From positions 1 through 64,000 of the forward strand of contig CAWBOC010000001.1 of NCBI GenBank assembly GCA_963790305.1: a DNA stretch of 64,000 nucleotides. Reading direction: 5' to 3'. Source of the stretch: an uncultured Gemmatimonadaceae bacterium (GTDB lineage Bacteria > Gemmatimonadota > Gemmatimonadetes > Gemmatimonadales > Gemmatimonadaceae). The position numbers were made by a program, and so were the translations under genes. Positions 19,616 to 30,338 of the stretch are shown here, one piece after another. Numbering within the stretch: the stretch's first letter is position 1; every line of letters starts with the position of its first letter. Under the pieces are notes generated by a model, which saw only the letters and a program-made list of their open reading frames with translations, did not search any database and was not told where the DNA came from.

Positions 19616-20228
19616 CGTGCCTCCTTGCGATGATGAAACCAAAGATCACGTGCAGCGCGCCAAAGGCGGCGCCCAGCACCCAGTGCGTTGTCCACGCCGG
19701 CATCAGGAGCGACGCGACGCCGACCGCGATGAAGAGCAATCCCATGAGGGGGACCACGCGAACGGAGAACGCGCCGCCCGTGATCACCGCCGTCCCATAG
19801 AGCATGAGCCACACGGGCGGGACGAGCTCGAAGTCACCACGCTCGAGGAGCACATACGTCAGGATCGCGCCGACGGTCATCGGCGGAAGGAAGCTCACGA
19901 GGAACTTCTTCCCTGCCCCGTGAAAGAGGGGGACGTTCGCGCGCTTCGCCTTCCGCCACATCGCATACGAGGAAACCGCGATCGACGCCGCGGCGGCACC
20001 GAACCACGCGATGAGCTGACCGCGAATCGTGGGCTGAGTGACCGCCGCAGCCGCAGCGAGGAACGCGATCGCGCCAACGGCGACCATGCCCCACCCGGAG
20101 ACTGCGGTGAACGCGGCGGCGTTTTCCATCGTCTCGCGAATGAAACGCAGATCGTCGATTGCCCGTCCCTGGAGGGACGGGACGCGCTCGGCGCTCGCTC
20201 GTCGGCTCATGTCGTCAATATCCTTCAC
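19608..20228 (-). CDS. Multi-TM membrane protein, first gene of the regulator-uppS-DUF4153 operon
   Basis: AIDDLRFIRETME N-terminus, about 6 TM segments, FGALHVIFG C-terminus; overlaps regulator start. Confidence 0.8.
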   Translation of the reverse strand: MKDIDDMSRRASAERVPSLQGRAIDDLRFIRETMENAAAFTAVSGWGMVAVGAIAFLAAAAAVTQPTIRGQLIAWFGAAAASIAVSSYAMWRKAKRANVPLFHGAGKKFLVSFLPPMTVGAILTYVLLERGDFELVPPVWLMLYGTAVITGGAFSVRVVPLMGLLFIAVGVASLLMPAWTTHWVLGAAFGALHVIFGFIIARRHGG

Positions 20229-20245
20229 TGCTTCGCCTCTGTCAA

Positions 20246-20266
20246 GTGCTTTGTATTACAAAGCAC
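20246..20266. promoter_or_regulatory. Palindromic operator upstream of the operon
   Basis: GTGCTTTGTA-T-TACAAAGCAC, perfect 10-bp arms in an AT-rich patch. Confidence 0.75.
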
Positions 20267-20288
20267 GACGAGTTAACCCCCTGTTTCG

Positions 20289-20771
20289 TTACTTCCGAGC
20301 GCCCGGAAGGAGCGCCCCGGCCCCGCTCGCCGCGTAGGCCGCGAGACGCGACAGCTCGTCACGATAGACGCGCTCGAGAAACGCCTTCGTCGCCAGGCGC
20401 TCGACGAGCCCCAGAATGCCATCGCGCGTCGTGACGACTGTTGTGATCGTCACGTCCGCCTCGCGCCCCTCTCTCGCCGGATTCAGGGTGAACGTCGTGA
20501 TGGTCTTTCCCTCGACGTCGCGCTCCACCAGGACGCGCCCGGGCTTGGGCTCTTCGATCTCGGCGCGAATGGTTCGACTCGTCCCGAGCACCGTCATGTC
20601 GAAGCGGATGCGCGTGCCCGCTCCGACCCCGCCCTCTTCAACCTCGATGTTTCGGAAGTAGGCTGAGGGCAGGATGTGAGGATGGCCCTCGGTGTAGTCG
20701 GCGAGGATCGCGTAGACCTCTCCCGGAGGGGCCGGTACCCGGCGCATCGCGCTGACGGTGAACGTCGCCAC
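20289..20771 (-). CDS. SRPBCC (START-like) family protein
   Basis: VPAPPGEVYAILADY..HPHILP..F...VEEGGVGAGT; probable GTG start at 20771. Confidence 0.85.
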   Translation of the reverse strand: MATFTVSAMRRVPAPPGEVYAILADYTEGHPHILPSAYFRNIEVEEGGVGAGTRIRFDMTVLGTSRTIRAEIEEPKPGRVLVERDVEGKTITTFTLNPAREGREADVTITTVVTTRDGILGLVERLATKAFLERVYRDELSRLAAYAASGAGALLPGARK

Positions 20772-20852
20772 GGGAGAATAACGTGGCGCTGACGTCGCGC
20801 GATGGCAATACGGCGCTTCGTGACGCACGACACGGCGCTGCGACGTCGTCGC

Positions 20853-23690
20853 TCAGGGACGCGGCGCGCCTCCCGCCTCGATCTGTCGGAGCGCCTCGCC
20901 GAGGAGGCGCATCTCCTCGCCGTACGTTGCCCAGTCATCGGCTCGCTGCGCTGCCCGCGCACGTTCGTAATGCGCGACCGCGCGCCGAACCACTTCACTG
21001 GTGCCGGACACATCAGGTGTAGCGCGCGTCGGCGCAGGATCGCGTGCGTCTCGCTGTGCCAGCGCCGGCGCCTCGCCGCCGAACAGGCGAGCCAGCCCGG
21101 CTTCGAGCGATTCTTCCATCACGACGCGGCTTTCGTGCGCGACAATCACCCGCTTCAGCTCGGGAATCCGGCCGCCCTCGGCCCGCAGATACAACGGTTG
21201 CACGTAGATCAACGACTCTTCGATCGGGATGACGAGAAGCTCCCCGCGAATGACCTCAGAGCCGCGCTGGTCCCAGAGTGATATCTGGCGAGCGACTTCG
21301 GTATCCTGGTTGATGCGGTTGACGATTTGCGTTGGGCCGAACACCAGGCTCTGCCGCGGGAACTGATAGACGAGGAGTCTCCCGTACTGCTCACCGTCGT
21401 TCCGGGCGACCATCCACGCCGCGAGATTGTCCTTCTGCCGTGGTGTGAACGGGCGCATCAGGATGAACTCCGGCTGACGCTCCCCGGGCAACCTCATCAC
21501 CATATGCCGCAAGAACGCCTCGGCCTGATCACCGCGGTTCGATCCGGGTACCTGCCACTGATCCTCCCGATGGTAGAAGGTCTGCGGATCGCTCATGTGA
21601 TACGTGGCGTAGAGCGCCGTCTGCATGCGAAACAGGTCTTCCGGGTAGCGCACGTGTGCACGGAGATCGGCCGGCATCTGCTCGATCGGCCGAAGTAGCC
21701 CGGGATAGATACGCGACAGCGTGCGAATGATCGGGTCCGCGGCATCCGTCTGATACGCGCGCACATCGCCGTCGTATGCGTCGATGACGATCTTAACGCT
21801 GTTCCGCATGTAGTTCGTCCCGTCGGTCGCGCGCTGCGAATACGGGTATCGCGCCGTCATCGTATACGCGTCGAGTATCCATTTCAGCGTTCCATCGCTG
21901 GCGATGACGAGGTACGGATCTCGATCGAGCGTGAGAAACGGGAGCGCGCGTCGGGCCCGCTCCCGAACGTCGCGGTGATAGATGATGCGGGTTCGCTCGG
22001 TGAGATCACGCGACAACAGGATGTTGAGCGAGCCGAATCGCCAGGCAAAGAGAAGACGCCGCGCGAGCGACGCGACCGGCACTCCCGCCGATCCGTTGTA
22101 CGACGAGTAGACGGCCTCATCCCCTTCCCCGGCCGGATAGTCGAACTCGCGCTGACGGCTCGGCGCGAGGATGAAATCATTCGACAGCTCTCCGAAGTAG
22201 ATCTGCGGCCGCGACACCTCGAGATCAATGCGTGAGACCGGCGGAAGGTCCTGAATGAACAGGACCGGGAGTCCTTCGGCGGTCACCTGGTTCGACGGGC
22301 CGAGGGTAATTCCCATGCCGTGCGTGAAGGTGAGATGCTCGTTGATGAACGTGCGGGTAGGCAGGGCCGCGGTGTTCAGCTCCCGCGCCGAGAGCATCAC
22401 CTGGCGTAGCTCGCCACCCACGCGGTACCGGTCGTCGTCGACGGCGACGAAATCATAGTAGGTGCGAATCGATTGAATCTGCCCGAACGTCTGCAGCAGG
22501 GGCTCACGGTCCCACAGCCGGACGTTGGCGATGGTCGCCCGGTTCGCGTCGATGTCGCGTTGTGTGAGAGCGCTCCCTCCCTCGAGCTCGCGCCGCTCTA
22601 CGGCACCGAGCCCCCAGGCGGCGCGTGTCGCTTCGATGTGGCGGACGATCTGGGGAGCCTCTCGGGTGAGCTCGTTAGGCTGCACGACGAGACGGTGAAA
22701 GGCGGCCGGATAGGCCCGCCCGATCAGGAGAGACAGGAGGACAGTCGCAGCAATGATGATCGCGGCGGAACGCGTGAGCCGGCCTTTCCAGGCACGCCAG
22801 AGCAGGTAGGCGCCCGCGAAGAGCATGAGCGCGCTGACTCCCCACCACGCCGGTAGCCTCGCGTGTAGATCCGTGTAGTTCGCGCCGACCAGCGAGCTGT
22901 GCACCGAGTACAGCAAGTGCGGGATTGCGATCAGGGGAATCTGCGCCGCAAACACCACGAGAAGGAGCGCGGTGATGACGGTGAGGTGCCGCCGAGCGGA
23001 AGGCTCGAGCCGAACGCGCCACTCACGACGTCGAATGGCCCCTCGGGCGCTGTACACCGCCCACACGCACACGAGCGTGAGCATTCCGGCAAGGACCGCG
23101 TACCCGAGGATCGCCTCGAGGAGGGGCAGGACAAAGACGTAGTACCCAATGTCCCGCCCGAAAATTGGATCGGAGCTGCCGAAGGGAGTGCGATAGAGGA
23201 ACTGAAGCAGGGTGCGCCATTCGGTCGAGGCCGCGAGCGCGAAGAGCAATGCGAGCACGGCAGTGCCCGGCAGGGCGAGGACGCTCGCAAGTCGCTCGGA
23301 GAGGGGCGCGGACCGCCGGCGTGGCTGCGTCCCGGGGCCGACCAGGGCGGTCGTCTCCGCGCGGAGCGCGAGCCGCACGTTGCCGTAAAACACGGCGAAC
23401 GCGATGACTGCGGCAATGCCCCCCAGGATCCACTGGGCGACGATCTTCGTCACGAAGACGCGCTCGAATCCAATCTCCCGGTACCACAACCAATCGGTGA
23501 GGCGCCGCGCCACGGCAGGCAGGAAGAGGAGCACGACGAACGCAACGGCGAGCCCGACGAGGGCCCAGCGCACGCGTCGGGGAAGGCGCTCGCGGGGCTG
23601 GCCTTCACCCGTACCGACGCTCTGCTGGACGATCCCCCGCAGGAGCTCGTCGATCGAATCACGATCATTGGGACGAGGAGGTTCGGTCAC
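20853..23690 (-). CDS. UPF0182 family membrane protein
   Basis: [63 protein letters not shown]. Confidence 0.93.
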   Translation of the reverse strand: MTEPPRPNDRDSIDELLRGIVQQSVGTGEGQPRERLPRRVRWALVGLAVAFVVLLFLPAVARRLTDWLWYREIGFERVFVTKIVAQWILGGIAAVIAFAVFYGNVRLALRAETTALVGPGTQPRRRSAPLSERLASVLALPGTAVLALLFALAASTEWRTLLQFLYRTPFGSSDPIFGRDIGYYVFVLPLLEAILGYAVLAGMLTLVCVWAVYSARGAIRRREWRVRLEPSARRHLTVITALLLVVFAAQIPLIAIPHLLYSVHSSLVGANYTDLHARLPAWWGVSALMLFAGAYLLWRAWKGRLTRSAAIIIAATVLLSLLIGRAYPAAFHRLVVQPNELTREAPQIVRHIEATRAAWGLGAVERRELEGGSALTQRDIDANRATIANVRLWDREPLLQTFGQIQSIRTYYDFVAVDDDRYRVGGELRQVMLSARELNTAALPTRTFINEHLTFTHGMGITLGPSNQVTAEGLPVLFIQDLPPVSRIDLEVSRPQIYFGELSNDFILAPSRQREFDYPAGEGDEAVYSSYNGSAGVPVASLARRLLFAWRFGSLNILLSRDLTERTRIIYHRDVRERARRALPFLTLDRDPYLVIASDGTLKWILDAYTMTARYPYSQRATDGTNYMRNSVKIVIDAYDGDVRAYQTDAADPIIRTLSRIYPGLLRPIEQMPADLRAHVRYPEDLFRMQTALYATYHMSDPQTFYHREDQWQVPGSNRGDQAEAFLRHMVMRLPGERQPEFILMRPFTPRQKDNLAAWMVARNDGEQYGRLLVYQFPRQSLVFGPTQIVNRINQDTEVARQISLWDQRGSEVIRGELLVIPIEESLIYVQPLYLRAEGGRIPELKRVIVAHESRVVMEESLEAGLARLFGGEAPALAQRDARDPAPTRATPDVSGTSEVVRRAVAHYERARAAQRADDWATYGEEMRLLGEALRQIEAGGAPRP

Positions 23691-23746
23691 AAAGCGCTGC
23701 CCCGGTGATGGCCATCGAATGTACGCCAAATGCGCTATTTTTGCGC

Positions 23747-24289
23747 ATGGCACAAATTATCGCCGTCAACTACGCGGACGACATCCTCCCGGAATACCGG
23801 GACACGCCCGTCGGGATGCTGCTGGAGTTCCACAATCTCGGGCGTGCCGTCGGCTCGGCGGTCGCGCCCCAGCTGCTCATTGGCATGTGCATGGACAGCC
23901 GGAAGTCACTGCGCATCCCGAACGATTTCGCGTTCGTACTGCGCACCGCGGGCGCGAACATGCGCGACAACGAGTTCCGTATATCCTATGCGATCGCCGT
24001 GGGCGGAGTCCGCACGATCGTGCTCATCGCCCACACGGATTGCGGAATGGCGCGCCTCACCGAACGACGCGCGCAGTTCATCAGCGGTCTAATGAACGCC
24101 GCCGGGTGGGATGAGGCGCGCGCGACACGACACTTCGAGGTGTCCGCTCCCAAGTTCGGGATCCGGAACGAAGTGGAGTTCGTGCTTCGCGAGGCCGAGC
24201 GGCTCCGCGGGATTTATCCGCGCATCGCCGTTGCGCCGCTGCTCTATCGTGTCGAGGACGACCTTCTCTATCAACTGCGTCCCGACTAA
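23747..24289 (+). CDS. Beta-class carbonic anhydrase-like protein
   Basis: Zn ligand motifs CMDSR and HTDCGM; LRTAGAN. Confidence 0.8.
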   Translation: MAQIIAVNYADDILPEYRDTPVGMLLEFHNLGRAVGSAVAPQLLIGMCMDSRKSLRIPNDFAFVLRTAGANMRDNEFRISYAIAVGGVRTIVLIAHTDCGMARLTERRAQFISGLMNAAGWDEARATRHFEVSAPKFGIRNEVEFVLREAERLRGIYPRIAVAPLLYRVEDDLLYQLRPD

Positions 24290-24305
24290 TACGCGATCGG
24301 CCAGG

Positions 24306-25010
24306 TCATTGAACGGCTTCGCGCGAGCCGATGCTGCCAACGATGCCGCGAAGGGACCGCCGCACGCGCACCCGCCACAACCAGTAGAGCATGGTGAGGA
24401 GCACCGCGAGCACTGGCAGCGCGAGGAGAGGCATAATGCGGATCGGCTTCGGGAAGACCTGCGCCTGGCCGATGAAAAACGACAGCGCGGCGACGAAGAG
24501 CGCGAAGCTCATGCGCCACAGATGCCGTGCGAGACGTGAGGCACCGGTGTGGCCGCCGGAGCGCATCATTCGAACATCGAGGATGCCCGCCAACGTTCCC
24601 ACGACACCAAACATGAAAAACGGAAACGCCGGCATCCCATCTCGACCTTTCCCGTCCGGACTGGCGATCGCCTCGAAGCCGAACGTGAGACTCGTGATGC
24701 CGACGACCAGCGCCACCAACATGAGCGCCGGGTTCAGCCAGCGGCGCCGTACGACCGGAGGTCTCACTGTGATGAGCGCGGTGATGACGAGATAAGAGGT
24801 CAGCAGTGCCGCAGGAACGTTGATCGACGGCGCCACGTTTCGAACCGCCGCGATGGTCGTTCCGGCCACGGCCATCGTCAGCATCGCATACACGAACACC
24901 CTGCCGCTCTTCCGATGGAGCGTGTCGCCCTTCGCCGAATAGAGCGCGAGGTAGCCTGCCAGGAGGCCCAGTCCGCCCGCGACGATGTGGACCACGTAGA
25001 TCATTCGCAT
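24306..25010 (-). CDS. Membrane protein (DUF2306-like)
   Basis: HIVAG...KGDTLHRKSGRVFVYAM, RLARHLWRM motifs; multiple TMs; SD GGAAGG. Confidence 0.8.
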   Translation of the reverse strand: MRMIYVVHIVAGGLGLLAGYLALYSAKGDTLHRKSGRVFVYAMLTMAVAGTTIAAVRNVAPSINVPAALLTSYLVITALITVRPPVVRRRWLNPALMLVALVVGITSLTFGFEAIASPDGKGRDGMPAFPFFMFGVVGTLAGILDVRMMRSGGHTGASRLARHLWRMSFALFVAALSFFIGQAQVFPKPIRIMPLLALPVLAVLLTMLYWLWRVRVRRSLRGIVGSIGSREAVQ

Positions 25011-25022
25011 CGGTAGGCCTTC

Positions 25023-27704
25023 CTAGGCGCGCATGGCGATCGCGGGGTCGATTCGTGCCGCGCGCAGTGCGGGGATCCAGCACGCGACCATCCCGACAAC
25101 CCCCATCAACACCGCCACGCCGATGAACGTGGCCGGGTCATGCGCCGCTACGCCGAAGAGCAGCCCGCGAATGACGCGAGCGGCGAGGAGCGCGCCGGCG
25201 ATGCCTAACGCCAGACCAATCCCCAGCAGCATTCCCCCTTCCTTGAGGATCATCCGCTGCACCTGGCCGCCGTCGGCCCCCAGGCTCATCCGGATGCCGA
25301 TCTCGTTGGTCCGCGCGCTCACCGAGAACGCCAACACCCCCGCGATCCCCACCGCCGCGATGAGCACCGCCAGAATCCCAAAGGACGACACGAGCGCCGC
25401 ATTGAGACGCCGGGGCGACACGCTCTGATCCTTGATCTGGGAGATCGTCATCACGTTCTCGATCGGGACCGTCGGTACGATCCGCCGGACGATGCGTGTC
25501 GCCGTCGCCGCCAGCTTCGATGCGTTGCTGTCGGCCCGGATGACGAGTCCGCCGAGGACCGCGAACTCCTGTGCGAACGGCGCGAATACCACCAGCCGAG
25601 GCTCCGCGTCGAGCCCGCCGTCCTGCGTATTGCCGACGACGCCGACGATCGTGCGCCACTCGCTGCTGAAGGGCGTGAACTTCAGGATCTCGCCGGTAAA
25701 GGCCACCCGTTTGCCAACCGGCTCCTCGCCGGGGAAGAACTGGTCGGCGAGTCTCCTGTTGATGATTACAACTCTCCCCGATCCGGCCTGATCGGTCGTC
25801 GAGAATTCACGTCCCTTGAGGAGCGGGATCCCCGACGCACGGAAGTACTCGGGGCTCGCTGTCCGGATGTCGGCCTGTGGCGTCGCCTCACCGACCGCGA
25901 GTGGCCTTCCCTCTGCCTTGACGTCGAACGCGAGCCCCGTGCGCGTCAGCGGCATTGTCGATCCCAGCCCCACCTCGATCACGCCGGGGAGGACCCGGAT
26001 CTCACGTTGCATGCGACCGTAGAGCTCCTTGTTGGTCGCGTCGGTCGCCGGATCGACTCGCGTCGGATCCAGCAGCGACACCGGCATCGTGAGCACTTCC
26101 TCCGTCCTGAGACCGGTGCTCACGTCGGCGAGCTGCATCATCGTTCGAGTCAGCAACCCCGCGCCTGCGAGCAACACGACCGATACCGCGACCTGCGCCA
26201 CGACGAGGCTGCGCTGCAGGCGCTGCCTTCGCAGATTTCCGGTCGTCCGCCGCACACCGGCCGAGATCGAGCCGAGGGTGCCCTCTTTCGGCAGCGGCGC
26301 AACGAGGGAGAGCAAGAGCGCGATCGCGACCGAGAGTGCGAGCGTGAACCCAAGCGCCACCGAGTCGAGCTGGATCTCGCTTGCGCGAGCCGAGTAGCGT
26401 GCGGCGAGCGACGTCAGCAGCTCAACCCCTTCGATGGCCATGATCACGCCGAGGACGGCGCCCAGGAGCGTCAACACCAGATTTTCGACGAGCAGCAATC
26501 TCCTCAGCCGCCGCACGCCGGCGCCGAGCGCTGCCCGAACGGCAAGCTCATGCTCTCTGCGGATACCCCGCATGAGCGTGAGGTTGGTGACGTTGGCGGC
26601 GGAGATGATCATGACGAACGCCGCGGCACCCATGAGCAGCCACAGCGTGAGACGCGCCCGCTCCCCCAACGCTTCCTTGAACGGGATGACCGCCACGCGA
26701 TAGTTCGACGCCGACTCGTAGGCGTCCGCGTGCTCTCGCTGCATCCAGGCGTGGACGGACGCGACCTCTCGCCTGGCCTGCTCCAGGGTGGCACCGGGTG
26801 CCAGCCGCGCTACGATCTCGGTCATGCGGTGCACGCGAGCTTCGACCATCTGCGCGCTGAGGTGGTGCGGGCTGACCACCATGTTGAGCAGCGCATCCAT
26901 CCGATCGGGGAAGAACGGCGCCGGCTGGAGCACACCGATGACCGTCACGGAGGTCCCGTCCAGTCTCAGCTGCTTGCCCACGATACCGGAGTCACCGCCG
27001 AAGCGCTTCAGCCAGAACTCGTGGGTCAACACCATCACCGGTGGCACCCCCGTTCCGTCGTCGGCCGGCCGCGTGAGCCTGCCCAGCACCGGCGACAGCC
27101 CCATGACCTCGAAAAAGTTGCCGGTGACGAGGCCGGCGTCGATACGGATCGCGTCGTCATCCATCTTGAGCGTGTGGAACCACGGCGAATACTCGGCGAT
27201 CCCACCTAACGACGGTGCGCCGGTACGGTACTCGCGAACTTCGGGCACGGAGAAGCTGACGTTCGCGCCCGACGGTCCGTCGGTCGACTGTCGCAAATAG
27301 ACGAGCCGATCTCCGTCGCGATGCGGCAGCGGCTTGAGCAGTACGCCGCGGACGACGCTGAAGATCGCGGTGTTGGCCCCGATGCCGAGCGCGAGGGTCA
27401 CGACCACGACTGCGGTGAACGCCGGGCTGTGGCGCAGCGCCCGCAACGCGTACTTGACGTCGGCGCCAATGCTCTCGATCCATGGCAGCCCGCGCTGGTC
27501 CCGCACTGCCTCGACCGCCTGCGTCAGGCCACCCGACGCCATCAGCGCCTGTCGGCGGGCGGCGTCCGGCGCCATGCCACGGCGGATGTGCTCGGCGATT
27601 TCCATCTCGAGATGCGCCTGCATCTCATCACGGAGATCGTCGTCGCCACGATCTCCGCGGAAGGCCCCCGCAATGCGCGCGAGCGCGGCCCGCAGGTGTC
27701 TCAT
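25023..27704 (-). CDS. ADOP-family duplicated MacB/FtsX-like permease
   Basis: Prefix domain EMQAHLEME, LALGIGANTAIFSVV, ELAVRAALGAG, RTNEIGIRMSLGA, PALRAARIDP. Confidence 0.93.
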   Translation of the reverse strand: MRHLRAALARIAGAFRGDRGDDDLRDEMQAHLEMEIAEHIRRGMAPDAARRQALMASGGLTQAVEAVRDQRGLPWIESIGADVKYALRALRHSPAFTAVVVVTLALGIGANTAIFSVVRGVLLKPLPHRDGDRLVYLRQSTDGPSGANVSFSVPEVREYRTGAPSLGGIAEYSPWFHTLKMDDDAIRIDAGLVTGNFFEVMGLSPVLGRLTRPADDGTGVPPVMVLTHEFWLKRFGGDSGIVGKQLRLDGTSVTVIGVLQPAPFFPDRMDALLNMVVSPHHLSAQMVEARVHRMTEIVARLAPGATLEQARREVASVHAWMQREHADAYESASNYRVAVIPFKEALGERARLTLWLLMGAAAFVMIISAANVTNLTLMRGIRREHELAVRAALGAGVRRLRRLLLVENLVLTLLGAVLGVIMAIEGVELLTSLAARYSARASEIQLDSVALGFTLALSVAIALLLSLVAPLPKEGTLGSISAGVRRTTGNLRRQRLQRSLVVAQVAVSVVLLAGAGLLTRTMMQLADVSTGLRTEEVLTMPVSLLDPTRVDPATDATNKELYGRMQREIRVLPGVIEVGLGSTMPLTRTGLAFDVKAEGRPLAVGEATPQADIRTASPEYFRASGIPLLKGREFSTTDQAGSGRVVIINRRLADQFFPGEEPVGKRVAFTGEILKFTPFSSEWRTIVGVVGNTQDGGLDAEPRLVVFAPFAQEFAVLGGLVIRADSNASKLAATATRIVRRIVPTVPIENVMTISQIKDQSVSPRRLNAALVSSFGILAVLIAAVGIAGVLAFSVSARTNEIGIRMSLGADGGQVQRMILKEGGMLLGIGLALGIAGALLAARVIRGLLFGVAAHDPATFIGVAVLMGVVGMVACWIPALRAARIDPAIAMRA

Positions 27705-28045
27705 CGCACCTCGCGTCGCGGAGCGAGGAAGGCGGCGATGAGGTCAGCGGTCTGATGCCATTCGCGCGTCTCGCGCTCGAGCTGCTTCCGGCCGGAGGCG
27801 GTGAGCGCGTAGTACTTCGCGCGACGGTTGTTCTCGGACTGCCGCCACTCGGCCTTGATGAAGCCCTCCTGCTCCAGCTTGAGAAGCGCCGGATACAGGG
27901 TGCCATAGTTCAGCGTCAGCCGATTCTTACTCGTTTCCTCGATGCGGCGTGCGACGCCGTAGCCATGCAGCGGGCCAAGGACCTCGAGGGTTTTCAGGAT
28001 CATGAGGGCAAGCGTGCCCTGTTTGACATCCAGCTTCTCTGGCAT
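27701..28045 (-). CDS. PadR family transcriptional regulator
   Basis: QGTLALMILKTL...HGYGVARRIE...GTLYPALLKLE...SENNRRAKYYALT; ATGA overlap with permease. Confidence 0.95.
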   Translation of the reverse strand: MPEKLDVKQGTLALMILKTLEVLGPLHGYGVARRIEETSKNRLTLNYGTLYPALLKLEQEGFIKAEWRQSENNRRAKYYALTASGRKQLERETREWHQTADLIAAFLAPRREVR

Positions 28046-28046
28046 T

Positions 28047-28139
28047 CTCCGTCCTATGGGATTCCAATATGACGGTAATGTCCCGGCCCAGACTGCGCAA
28101 TAGCGCTTCTCCGGGCCTCCGTCCTATTGGAATCCAATA
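28047..28139. promoter_or_regulatory. Two 23-bp direct repeats with a palindromic core, probable PadR operators
   Basis: CTCCGTCCTATGGGATTCCAATA (28047-28069) and CTCCGTCCTATTGGAATCCAATA (28117-28139). Confidence 0.7.
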
Positions 28140-28301
28140 CGGCGCCGCCGGGCAGTGGGTTTCACGTGAGATCACTCCTGGGTTTTCGCGATTGGTGGCC
28201 TTCGAGCCGCGGGGGTCTCATGACTCCTGAGCAAAAAAAGGCCGTGGTCGGGTGACCACGGCGTTGTCTCAGGCGATGCCGGCAGAGCAGTTTGAATGAA
28301 G

Positions 28302-28374
<73 letters not shown>

Positions 28375-28432
28375 GTCCGCGCAATTTAGCCGCCGGCGAG
28401 TCGCTCAACAAGCTGACACAGCAGAGGAAACG

Positions 28433-29728
28433 ATGACGGGACCGTCCGTACGCCAGTGGGACACCGTAGCATTTCTGGACCCGCGCGTGGAGACGCGCGA
28501 CGGTCATCACGGCCACGCGATCACCGCGGCCCTTCGAGAGATCCTGGGCGACAGCTTCGACCATCCGCGCGACCAGCACCGCACCGCGCAGAAGAAGCTC
28601 GTCATCGGGCCGGGGAAACTCGTCACACCACCAGGAGGGCTCGAGCTCCAGTCCATGCGTTATCTCGATATCGAGCTCGACCACACGACCATTGTGGGGC
28701 GGGGCGACATTCCGGCAGTGCTGGCGGTCGATGGCTCATCGTACGGTCGCATCGGCGGCACGGGACTCTTTGTGGGAGAGCGGGCGTCTGGAGGGCGACG
28801 ACTCGACGTGCCCATGGATGTGGTCGTGATTCGCAAGTCCATCGAGGGTCACCATGCCCCGAACCAGACGCACTTTCGATTCAATGGAAGGATCGGGGGG
28901 CTCTGGCGTAATGCGGGGTATCGCGGTGGCTTGCCGGGTCGGACGGCAGCGCAGGAGGATCACTTCAAGTCCGACGAGATCCAGGTGTTGGGTAATTACG
29001 AGGTGCTGCAGGCCCAAGGCGAAGCGGATCTCTGCAAGGTTGGCGTGTGGGCGGGGAACCAGGCGTGGTCGAACAATCGACGTCACAAGTACGGCTACGT
29101 CCACGTCGCGTGGTGCGAGACGGCCGTGCGCACCGAGCGCACGGCGGTCGATGTCGACTATCTCGTCGCCGACGGGTGTCGCGATGTCTGGACGTTCGGT
29201 GGTGCGGTGACGAAGAACATCATTCGCGGTGGTGAGGCGGAGCTCTGTGCCCGCTTCATCAACGACGGTGCGTGGCAGCCGCACGATCACTCACTCATCG
29301 TGCGCGACTTTTACGCGAAGCTCGACGCATGGCGCCCCGGATTGGGCGGAATCGGCCAGCGATACAACCGCAATGCGTGTGCGATTTGGGGGAGCCGAGG
29401 CAACTGCGTTCTCGAGAACGTGACCGTCGGTTCGCTCCCTGTGAAACGAGGACCGAATCGTACGCTCTACTATGCACCGTGGCGTCCGGACGGAACGCAG
29501 ACGATCACGAATCTCCCTGCGCCGCGGTTTTGGAGCGCGCAGCCGCTCGCGAATATCCTGACGCGCAACTGCTCGGCGCACGGGTATCACGCCGCCGCCG
29601 GACGGAATGAGTTCTTCGCATTCGAGCCGCAAGGGCATGGCGCAGCGCGTCACGAGCTCTGGAAAAACACGGAGCCCGACGGTATCTGTCTCGGGACGGA
29701 GCTGGCCACCATAGACCAGTCGACGTAG
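28433..29728 (+). CDS. Hypothetical protein, possibly right-handed beta-helix
   Basis: 431-aa ORF with SD GAGGA; fills the gap between tRNA genes; no signal peptide seen. Confidence 0.7.
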   Translation: MTGPSVRQWDTVAFLDPRVETRDGHHGHAITAALREILGDSFDHPRDQHRTAQKKLVIGPGKLVTPPGGLELQSMRYLDIELDHTTIVGRGDIPAVLAVDGSSYGRIGGTGLFVGERASGGRRLDVPMDVVVIRKSIEGHHAPNQTHFRFNGRIGGLWRNAGYRGGLPGRTAAQEDHFKSDEIQVLGNYEVLQAQGEADLCKVGVWAGNQAWSNNRRHKYGYVHVAWCETAVRTERTAVDVDYLVADGCRDVWTFGGAVTKNIIRGGEAELCARFINDGAWQPHDHSLIVRDFYAKLDAWRPGLGGIGQRYNRNACAIWGSRGNCVLENVTVGSLPVKRGPNRTLYYAPWRPDGTQTITNLPAPRFWSAQPLANILTRNCSAHGYHAAAGRNEFFAFEPQGHGAARHELWKNTEPDGICLGTELATIDQST

Positions 29729-29805
29729 TCGATCACTCTCCCAAAACACAACGGCCACTCCTAGGGAGTGGCCGCGGGACATTGCTGGTCGTCGGTCCAA
29801 CCGAG

Positions 29806-29877
29806 AGCCACCGGTCGGGATTGAACCGACGACCGCTCGATTACGAATCGAGTGCTCTACCGCTGAGCTACGGTGGC
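29806..29877 (-). tRNA. tRNA-Thr(CGT)
   Basis: Anticodon arm CTCGA-TTCGTAA-TCGAG. Confidence 0.95.
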
Positions 29878-29884
29878 GAGAGAA

Positions 29885-29966
29885 TGCCCTGGCGCGGACT
29901 CGAACCGCGACGCCTTGCGGCACCACCCCCTCAAGATGGCGTGTCTACCAATTTCACCACCAGGGC
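29885..29966 (-). tRNA. tRNA-Leu(GAG)
   Basis: Anticodon arm CCATC-TTGAGGG-GGTGG; long variable arm. Confidence 0.95.
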
Positions 29967-30014
29967 ATGCACTACAGGGATCCCCTGACTCCTATCTCGT
30001 GATCCCAGCTCCTA

Positions 30015-30089
30015 CGGGGCTGACGGGGCTCGAACCCGCGACCTCCGGTGTGACAGACCGGCACTCTAACCAAGCTGAGCTACAGCCCC
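30015..30089 (-). tRNA. tRNA-Asp(GTC)
   Basis: Anticodon arm CCGGT-CTGTCAC-ACCGG. Confidence 0.95.
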
Positions 30090-30112
30090 CCGAATTTCCT
30101 ACGCCACTCTCA

Positions 30113-30184
30113 TAGCCCCAACGGGAGTCGAACCCGTCTCTGCACCTTGAAAGAGTGCCGTCCTAACCGATAGACGATGGGGCC
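30113..30184 (-). tRNA. tRNA-Glu(TTC)
   Basis: Anticodon arm GCACT-CTTTCAA-GGTGC. Confidence 0.95.
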
Positions 30185-30265
30185 ATGCTGTACTCGATTG
30201 GCGGGAGGCGAAACGCAGCTGCGAGCTGCGAACTGCGAGCTGCCTAACGCCCGTCGCCTGCCCCA

Positions 30266-30338
30266 TAGCGGTAACGGGATTCGAACCCGTGTTTGAGCCT
30301 TGAGAGGGCTCCGTCCTAGTCCCCTAGACGATACCGCC
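30266..30338 (-). tRNA. tRNA-Glu(CTC)
   Basis: Anticodon arm GAGCC-CTCTCAA-GGCTC. Confidence 0.95.
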
